From Candidatus Omnitrophota bacterium (GTDB taxonomy: Bacteria; Omnitrophota; Gorgyraeia; Gygaellales; Profunditerraquicolaceae), in the NCBI GenBank assembly GCA_020063525.1, contig JAGUUJ010000104.1:1-33374 (forward strand): a stretch of DNA of 33,374 nucleotides, given 5' to 3'. This document shows positions 20,612 through 26,046 of this stretch, piece after piece (position 1 is the stretch's first letter; the number at the start of each line of letters is the position of its first letter). The notes below the pieces were generated by a model, which did not search any database, was not told the origin of the DNA, and saw nothing but the letters and a program-made list of their open reading frames with translations. Position numbers and translations under genes: made by a program.

Positions 20612-20711
20612 TCGTCGCTTACGCTCCTCTTACGCTAATGTCCGCTAATTTATCGCTAATTTCCGCTAATTATTAGCGGCAATTAGTTTGAAAATTGGCG
20701 ACAATTAGCGT
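20612..20711 (-). repeat. Family C-like element, copy C3 (rplL stop to rpoB start)
   Basis: The minus-strand 5' half has CGCTAAT-type words. The 3' half has four ATTAGCG words at 10-11 nt spacing. It ends in GAGGAGCGTAAGCGACGA directly before the ATG. The architecture matches C1 but the word is different. Confidence 0.8.
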
Positions 20712-21098
20712 TTATTTCAATTCAACGGTGGCGCCGACAGCTGTGAGTTTCTTTTTCATCTCTTCAGCTTCTTCCTTGGGCACGCCTTCTTTTACTGGTT
20801 TAGGAGCTGCGTCTACTAAATCCTTGGCCTCCTTCAGGCCCAGGCTTGTCATTGTCCTTACCTCTTTTATTACTGCAATTTTATTAGCGCCTGCGCTAGT
20901 TAAGACTACGGTAAACGTGCTTTTCTCTTCCTGGGCAGGTGCAGCACCTCCTGCTCCTCCTGGCGCTTGCGCAGCCATCATAGGCATATTAGCCTGCACG
21001 CCGAATTTTTCCTCCAGGGCCTTCACTAAATCTGAAAGCTCTAATACCGACATACCCTCTATGGATTTAATTAATCCCTCCAAATTTTCCTTAGCCAT
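20712..21098 (-). CDS. rplL: 50S ribosomal protein L7/L12
   Basis: 128-aa ORF with an Ala/Gly-rich hinge and [24 protein letters not shown]-terminal domain motifs. GGGGAGGAAGA SD. Confidence 0.97.
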   Translation of the reverse strand: MAKENLEGLIKSIEGMSVLELSDLVKALEEKFGVQANMPMMAAQAPGGAGGAAPAQEEKSTFTVVLTSAGANKIAVIKEVRTMTSLGLKEAKDLVDAAPKPVKEGVPKEEAEEMKKKLTAVGATVELK

Positions 21099-21165
21099 TC
21101 TTCCTCCCCTGTCATTTTGGTTAATTAGTCAACTCACTACTCACCAGTTAACTACTCACCAATTA
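21099..21165 (-). repeat. Family D element, copy D2 (rplJ stop to rplL start)
   Basis: Minus strand reads TAATTGGTGAGTAGTTAACTGGTGAGTAGTGAGTTGACTAATTAACCAAAATGACAGGGGAGGAAGA. It shares the GGTGAGTAG words and TAATTAACCAA with D1. Confidence 0.7.
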
Positions 21166-21693
21166 TCAATTTCCTTTCTTTTTCTTTATTTGATCTAAAC
21201 AGTAAACAAACTTCCTTAATGTCTGTTTTAATACACAGACCAAGCCTGATATGGGTGAATTTAAAGTCATTACGACATAGGCCCTTAAAATTTCTTTGCC
21301 GGGAAGGCGAGCCAGGGTCTCGATATCCTTTTTATCCAGGAATTTATCTTTCATAAGACCGCATTCTAACTTTAATTGTTCATGCTCGCGATAAAAATTG
21401 TATAACGCGCGTGAAGTATCAACTAGTTCTCCTTTAGCAAATACTAAGCCGCAGGGCCCCTCCACAGACTTAACTAAACCCTGGAGTTTTGCATCCGCAA
21501 GAGCACGCCTGGTTATACTATTCTTGGCTACAAAAAGAACGGCATTTATACCTTTTAACGATTGCCTTAATGCTGTTAAGTCCGGACTGGATAATTTGGA
21601 GTATTGTATAATAAAAATGCTATCGGATTCTTTTAATTGCTTTTTTATGTTGTTTTCTAACGTTTCTCTAAATAATAAGCCTAGTTTTTTCAT
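21166..21693 (-). CDS. rplJ: 50S ribosomal protein L10
   Basis: 175-aa ORF upstream of rplL with L10-like sequence (LT.LR..L...GA...V.KN). The ATG directly abuts the rplA stop. Confidence 0.93.
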   Translation of the reverse strand: MKKLGLLFRETLENNIKKQLKESDSIFIIQYSKLSSPDLTALRQSLKGINAVLFVAKNSITRRALADAKLQGLVKSVEGPCGLVFAKGELVDTSRALYNFYREHEQLKLECGLMKDKFLDKKDIETLARLPGKEILRAYVVMTLNSPISGLVCVLKQTLRKFVYCLDQIKKKKGN

Positions 21694-22374
21694 TTAAATT
21701 GAAAGTTTTAAGCCGCAGTTCATAGTTGATGAGATAAATACGCTTTTTATGAATTTGCCTTTAACCGATGCCGGTTTTGCCTCAAATACCGTCTCAATTA
21801 CGCGAGAGGCATTTTCATATAATTTATCTTCGGGGAAAGAAAGTTTTCCGACAGATAAATGTATGCCGCCCTGTTTATCCACCCGAAACTCAACCTTACC
21901 CTTTCTCACATCTTCGATTGCCTTTACAATGTCATTGGTTACTGTGCCCGTCTTAGGGCTAGGCATAAGCCCGCGCGGACCCAAAGTTTTGCCCAGTTTA
22001 CTTAAATCCTTCATCATATCGGGTGTCGCAATAGCACAATCAAAATCCAGGAAACCTCCTGCCACCTTATCTATTAACTCATTACCGCCCACATAATCTG
22101 CATTGGTTTCTTTTGCCAATTTCTCGTTCTCTCCTTTGCAAAAAACAGCAACCCTCACTTTTTTACCTGTGCCGTGCGGCAGGACTACAGTGCCGCGTAC
22201 CATCTGGTCCGACTTCTTGGGATCAACATTAATATTAAAATGTAAATCAACCGATGCGTCAAATTTAGGAGGCTGCAACTTCTTTAGAATCAAGATAGCA
22301 TCTTTCAGTGAAAGTGACTTCGTCCTATCTATTTGCTTTTCGCATTCTTTATAACGCTTACTGCGCATCTTCAT
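21694..22374 (-). CDS. rplA: 50S ribosomal protein L1
   Basis: 226-aa ORF with L1 motifs (FDASVDLHFNINVDPKK.DQMVRGTVVLPHGTGK, ATPDMM, LGPRGLMP.PK.GTV). Confidence 0.96.
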   Translation of the reverse strand: MKMRSKRYKECEKQIDRTKSLSLKDAILILKKLQPPKFDASVDLHFNINVDPKKSDQMVRGTVVLPHGTGKKVRVAVFCKGENEKLAKETNADYVGGNELIDKVAGGFLDFDCAIATPDMMKDLSKLGKTLGPRGLMPSPKTGTVTNDIVKAIEDVRKGKVEFRVDKQGGIHLSVGKLSFPEDKLYENASRVIETVFEAKPASVKGKFIKSVFISSTMNCGLKLSI

Positions 22375-22477
22375 TCTAAGTTTCTCCCAATTAACACTTA
22401 ACTTGTCGCGGGACAGACACCTTGGTTTCTAATCGGGTTTAATATCTGCGGAGTCAGTCCCTGCTGGCAATGCTAGA
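22375..22477 (-). promoter_or_regulatory. Structured rplK-rplA spacer, candidate L1-binding autoregulatory site
   Basis: 103-nt gap that is more GC-rich than its surroundings. A long-range pairing exists between GGGACAGAC (22410-22418) and GTCAGTCCC (22453-22461) on the plus strand, 8/9 complementary, enclosing about 34 nt. A GGGAGA SD follows. The functional assignment is inference only. Confidence 0.3.
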
Positions 22478-22903
22478 CTACCCTTCAATGGCTATACCCA
22501 TGCTTCTGGCTGTGCCCTCAATAATTTTAATAGCCTGGTTCATATCCGTTGTGTTCAGGTCTTTTGCCTTAAGTTTTGCAATCTCCCCAACTTGTTTTTT
22601 AGTTATTTTACCGATGATTTCTTTGCCGCTGGTCCCCGATGCCTTGGCTAAATTTGCCGCACGTTTAATCAAGACCGAAGAGGGCGGGCTTTTAATAATA
22701 AAACTAAAAGAACGGTCTTCGTGAACGCTGATAACTACAGGTAAAATTAAGCCATCTTTGCCTTTGGTTTGCTCATTAAATTGTTTGCAGAACTGCATAA
22801 TATTTACGCCGTGCTGGCCCAAGGCAGGACCGACCGGAGGAGCGGGATTCGCCTGCGCTCCCGGAACGTGTAATTTAATCTGCGCGACTACTTTCTTAGC
22901 CAT
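22478..22903 (-). CDS. rplK: 50S ribosomal protein L11
   Basis: 141-aa ORF starting [40 protein letters not shown]. Confidence 0.97.
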   Translation of the reverse strand: MAKKVVAQIKLHVPGAQANPAPPVGPALGQHGVNIMQFCKQFNEQTKGKDGLILPVVISVHEDRSFSFIIKSPPSSVLIKRAANLAKASGTSGKEIIGKITKKQVGEIAKLKAKDLNTTDMNQAIKIIEGTARSMGIAIEG

Positions 22904-22906
22904 ATG

Positions 22907-23434
22907 TTATATTTTCTCAACCTGCCAATATTCTAATTCTACGGGCGTTGCCCTGCCAAAAATTGAGACACTGACCTTTAGTTTTCCTCTTTCAGGATGG
23001 ACCTCTTCAATAGTGCCGTTAAAATTCATAAACGGCCCATCATTAACCCTAACCTGTTCGCCTTTTTCGAAAGCAATCTTAGGGCTTGGCTTAACCTGGG
23101 TATCCTGCGTCCTTTTCAGGATGTTATCTACTTCGAGTTGCGAAAGAGGTATGGGTTTTTTGCCCGGGCCGATAAACCCGGTTACGCCTGGAGTGGTCTT
23201 AATCTGAAAATATGTTGTTTCATTTAATTCCATCTCAACAAGGAGATACCCCGGGAAGAATTTTCGCTGCGAAATCTTCTTTTTGCCTGAGCGAATCTCA
23301 GAAATCTGTTCCGTAGGGATAACGACACCGCTGATTAAATCCTGCAATCTTTCAGATTGAATTTTATTCTCCAAGGCCGTCTTAACCTTATCTTCTAAAC
23401 CGGTTTGAGTATGCACAACGTACCAATTTTTCAT
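22907..23434 (-). CDS. nusG: Transcription termination/antitermination factor NusG
   Basis: 175-aa ORF starting [12 protein letters not shown], with a C-terminal KOW ([17 protein letters not shown]). Conserved secE-nusG-rplK order. Confidence 0.95.
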   Translation of the reverse strand: MKNWYVVHTQTGLEDKVKTALENKIQSERLQDLISGVVIPTEQISEIRSGKKKISQRKFFPGYLLVEMELNETTYFQIKTTPGVTGFIGPGKKPIPLSQLEVDNILKRTQDTQVKPSPKIAFEKGEQVRVNDGPFMNFNGTIEEVHPERGKLKVSVSIFGRATPVELEYWQVEKI

Positions 23435-23622
23435 CTGAATACCAGTCTCAATATGTGAGAAAGAAAAATGTCAATTAAGCCTATAAATACTGCCATAATA
23501 AATGTGACTGCAATAACAACCACTGTTGAACCAATCAATTCTTGACGAGTTGACCATGATACTTTATTTAATTCTATTTTAACTTCTTTTAAAAAATCCG
23601 TTATTTTCTTAAATATATTCAT
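23431..23622 (-). CDS. secE: Preprotein translocase subunit SecE
   Basis: 63-aa ORF with E..KV.W....EL motif and a single C-terminal TM helix. Overlaps the nusG start by 4 nt. Confidence 0.9.
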   Translation of the reverse strand: MNIFKKITDFLKEVKIELNKVSWSTRQELIGSTVVVIAVTFIMAVFIGLIDIFLSHILRLVFR

Positions 23623-23692
23623 CGAAATCTATCAGTAATTCAACCACTACAACAGGAGCGGCAGGAGTCATCCCGCATTTTTTACTTTTATT

Positions 23693-23763
23693 CAGGGGCG
23701 GAGGGAATCGAACCCCCAGTCCTGGTTTTGGAGACCAGTGGTTTACCGTTAACCGACACCCCT
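23693..23763 (-). tRNA. tRNA-Trp (anticodon CCA)
   Basis: Hand-folded cloverleaf from the reverse complement: acceptor AGGGGTG/CGCCCCT, D stem GGTT/AACC, anticodon stem CTGGT/ACCAG with loop CTCCAAA, T arm GGGGG-TTCGATT-CCCTC. The 3' CCA is not encoded. Confidence 0.9.
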
Positions 23764-23778
23764 AAGTCGTGGCCTCAC

Positions 23779-23928
23779 TTACTTTATTTCTTTATGCAGG
23801 GTATGCTTATAGCAAAATTTGCAGAATTTTTTTACCTCTAATTTATCCTGATGCTTCTTCTTATTTTTTTTCGTAGTGTAGTTTCTGTTTTTACAGACCG
23901 TGCACTCTAATGTTATAATTTCGCGCAT
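23779..23928 (-). CDS. rpmG: 50S ribosomal protein L33 (Cys4 zinc form)
   Basis: Not in the ORF track because it is under 60 aa. My translation of the minus strand is [49 protein letters not shown] plus a TAA stop. This is canonical L33, in the usual position upstream of secE. Confidence 0.92.
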   Translation of the reverse strand: MREIITLECTVCKNRNYTTKKNKKKHQDKLEVKKFCKFCYKHTLHKEIK

Positions 23929-24001
23929 ATCTTTTAAATGTTGAGATCCTTCGTCGCTGTTGCTCCTCAGGATTAAATTTGCGCTTTTCAGCGCAAATTT
24001 A
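23929..24001 (-). repeat. Family C-like leader, copy C4 (tRNA-Thr to rpmG)
   Basis: Perfect 10-bp palindrome AAATTTGCGC-N6-GCGCAAATTT at 23975-24000. Then GAGGAGCAACAGCGACGA (23951-23968), flanked by ATCCT/AGGAT, 22 nt 5' of the rpmG ATG. Confidence 0.65.
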
Positions 24002-24074
24002 AGCTGGAGACGGGAATCGAACCCGTGACCCCGTCCTTACCAAGGACGTGCTCTACCGACTGAGCTACTCCAGC
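24002..24074 (-). tRNA. tRNA-Thr (anticodon GGU)
   Basis: Hand-folded 73-nt cloverleaf: acceptor GCTGGAG/CTCCAGC, D stem GCTC/GAGC, anticodon stem CGTCC/GGACG with loop TTGGTAA, T arm ACGGG-TTCGATT-CCCGT. All stems are Watson-Crick. Confidence 0.93.
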
Positions 24075-24278
24075 ATTATGGCTTTCACGTCTTTAGTAAG
24101 TTAAGGCTCCAGCGCCAAATTTAGCGTCGGAGTTCCATTCATTAAGATCCCGCAGAAAAACTTTAAGAGTAAAAAAAACCAACCCTCAAGAATTTTGTTA
24201 AATTCTTTGTAAGTTTACTATTTTTATATATATAGAAAAATGATGAAAAGCTATTCTTGGGAATTACGCAAAGAAGAA

Positions 24279-24307
24279 AGTATATATTAAAAAAACCATT
24301 TTGTCAA
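24279..24307 (-). promoter_or_regulatory. Candidate sigma70-type promoter (TTGACA-N17-TATACT)
   Basis: On the minus strand the -35 TTGACA is at 24302-24307 and the -10 TATACT at 24279-24284, with a 17-nt spacer. It starts 8 nt after the rsmA stop, in the only long AT-rich gap, about 200 nt upstream of tRNA-Thr. Confidence 0.4.
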
Positions 24308-24314
24308 CCATTTT

Positions 24315-25103
24315 TTATATGCTGTTGGCTAAGTGGGCGAAATCTTTCAGGGTAAGGTCTTCAGGCCGGATATTAACGTCTATGCCATATTTTTTAAAAA
24401 ACTCAGGGAGTTTTTGTAAAGGAACGATACTATCAAGACTATTTCTTAAAGTCTTTCTTCTTTTATTAAAGCTCGCTCTAATTACTTTAAAAAATAATTC
24501 CTCATCTTTAACATTTACAGCCGGGACCTGTCTTATCTTTAACTCCAGGAGACAGGAATCTACTTTTGGAATAGGCGAGAAACTACCCTTTTTTATAAAA
24601 AAGAGTATTTTGGGAATGCTATAATATTGCACAAAACAACTAAAAGAACCGTATTCTTTAGAGCCGGCATTTGCAACTATCCTTTTAGCGAATTCCTTCT
24701 GTACAGTAATAAAAACAGTTTCAATTTTATTGCGATATTTTAAGAGGTGTCCGATAATAGGTGTAGTAATATAATAAGGAATATTCCCTACCACCTTTAT
24801 TTTATTTTTAAATTTACTGAAGTATCTTTTTAAATTAAATATTAAAATATCCTGGTTAATTATTTCTATATTCGAATACCCCTTAGTATTATCTCTTAAA
24901 GTCTTGCATAATTCGGGGTCTATCTCAAGGGCATAAACAAAAGCCGCATTATCAGCAACCAGTTTAGTTAATTCACCGTATCCGGCACCTATCTCTAAAA
25001 CATGGTCGCGAGCCTTCAGGTTATATGATGCAACTAATTTTCTTTGTATATTTTTATCGAAAAGGAAATTCTGGCCTAATCCTTTTTTTGGCTTAACGTG
25101 CAT
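24315..25103 (-). CDS. rsmA: 16S rRNA (adenine1518/1519-N6)-dimethyltransferase RsmA/KsgA
   Basis: 262-aa ORF with GQNFL and the SAM motif [12 protein letters not shown]. Conserved pdxA-ksgA adjacency. Confidence 0.95.
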   Translation of the reverse strand: MHVKPKKGLGQNFLFDKNIQRKLVASYNLKARDHVLEIGAGYGELTKLVADNAAFVYALEIDPELCKTLRDNTKGYSNIEIINQDILIFNLKRYFSKFKNKIKVVGNIPYYITTPIIGHLLKYRNKIETVFITVQKEFAKRIVANAGSKEYGSFSCFVQYYSIPKILFFIKKGSFSPIPKVDSCLLELKIRQVPAVNVKDEELFFKVIRASFNKRRKTLRNSLDSIVPLQKLPEFFKKYGIDVNIRPEDLTLKDFAHLANSI

Positions 25104-26043
25104 ATTACCGCGAGCCTGATGGCTTCAATTAATGAAGTTGGATTAGCTAAATTAAATTTTCCCGCAATATCGAAAGCAGTCCCATGTAAAGGAGAAGTCC
25201 TTATAAAAGGAAGACCGAGTGTAAGATTTACGCCCGTATATGTACCTGATATCTTCAAAGGAATTAGCGCCTGGTCATGATACATAGCAATTATGCAATC
25301 ATATTTTTTTGCGCTGCCTTTAAAACTGCTACATCGGCAGGGAGCGGCCCATCGATATTTCTTATACTTTTGCCAAGGCGCATCAGTACCGGCTTAATAA
25401 TTTTATTCTCTTCTCCTCCCAAAAGGCCGTTATCAGAGGCGTGAGGATTTAGGCCGCATACTGCTATTCGCGGATTTTTAATCAAAAATAATTCTTTTAT
25501 AGACCGGTGGGTTAAAAGAATAGTTTTATATATCTTATCCGTATCCAGTTTGGATGGTACGTCTTTTAAAGGAATATGGCGGGTTACCAAACTAAACCTA
25601 AATTTTTTATTTAATAACATCATGGCAAAATATTTTGTATTTGTGCGTGCGGCTAAGTATTCTGTATGTCCCAAAAATTTATCAAAACCCGCTAAACTTA
25701 TTGCCTCTTTAGAAACAGGACAGGTAACCAGGCAATCTATCTCTTTATTTTTAATTAATTCTATTGCCTTATCTAAATATTCTACGGATGCCTTGCCGTA
25801 TTCTGCCTTGACCTTACCAAACTTAAAATTTTTATGGGCAACGTTATTCAAATCTATAAACTTTGCACCTGACACCCGACACCTGACACCTGACACCCGA
25901 CTAAATACCCATTTATCACCTATGACTACAAAATCTGCTAAACCTCTAACTTTATTCATCGCCTTCTGAATAATTGCCGGCCCTATACCTGCCGGGTCAC
26001 CCATAGTAATACCAACTATAATTTTATGCTTTAGCCTGTGCAT
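25076..26043 (-). pseudogene. pdxA: 4-hydroxythreonine-4-phosphate dehydrogenase PdxA, split by a 1-nt frameshift in an A7 run
   Basis: ORF 25291..26043 is the N-terminal part (GDPAGIGP, GHTEYLA, CGLNPHA). ORF 25076..25285 is the C-terminal part ([34 protein letters not shown]). Adding one A to the run at 25304-25310 gives a continuous ..[16 protein letters not shown].. reading of about 322 aa. Confidence 0.85.
25866..25900 (-). repeat. Five tandem heptamers CACC(T/C)GA inside the pdxA coding sequence
   Basis: Plus strand reads CACCTGA CACCCGA CACCTGA CACCTGA CACCCGA. The minus-strand unit (A/G)GGTGTC encodes ..SRVSGVRCRVSG.. and matches the family E arm (A/G)GGTGTT at 6 of 7 positions. Confidence 0.85.
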
Positions 26044-26046
26044 TCT

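Noticed and set aside
23655-23690. A GCGG...CCGC stem followed by TTTTTT between secE and tRNA-Trp, considered as a possible terminator.
   Set aside because: The stem is 4-5 bp and again oriented for the gene-less plus strand. On the minus strand it sits between a tRNA and secE with no U-tract after it.
1446-24001. The repeated intergenic elements as a CRISPR array.
   Set aside because: The copies are separated by kilobases of conserved genes rather than short unique spacers. They belong to several unrelated families, have internal inverted symmetry, and no cas genes are present.
1446-24001. The repeated elements as MITEs or IS remnants (mobile_element call).
   Set aside because: The window contains no transposase, and I could not verify terminal inverted repeats with target-site duplications. 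The elements fit exactly between stop and start codons. Mobility cannot be supported from one window, so they are called repeats only.
24076-24300. Tiny ORFs in the rsmA-tRNA-Thr gap: plus-strand MMKSYSWELRKEESIY (starting 24241) and minus-strand MNGTPTLNLALEP. An unrecognised ncRNA was also considered.
   Set aside because: The ORFs are 13-16 codons with no SD and no conservation evidence. I recognise no SRP, 6S, RNase P or tmRNA signature sequences.
25283-25310. Programmed -1 ribosomal frameshifting as the primary explanation for the pdxA split.
   Set aside because: A_AAA_AAU is slippery-like, but I see no downstream stimulatory hairpin or pseudoknot and no internal SD. PdxA is not known to use recoding. 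A homopolymer indel, either artefact or mutation, is the simpler reading. Recoding is kept only as an alternative in the finding.
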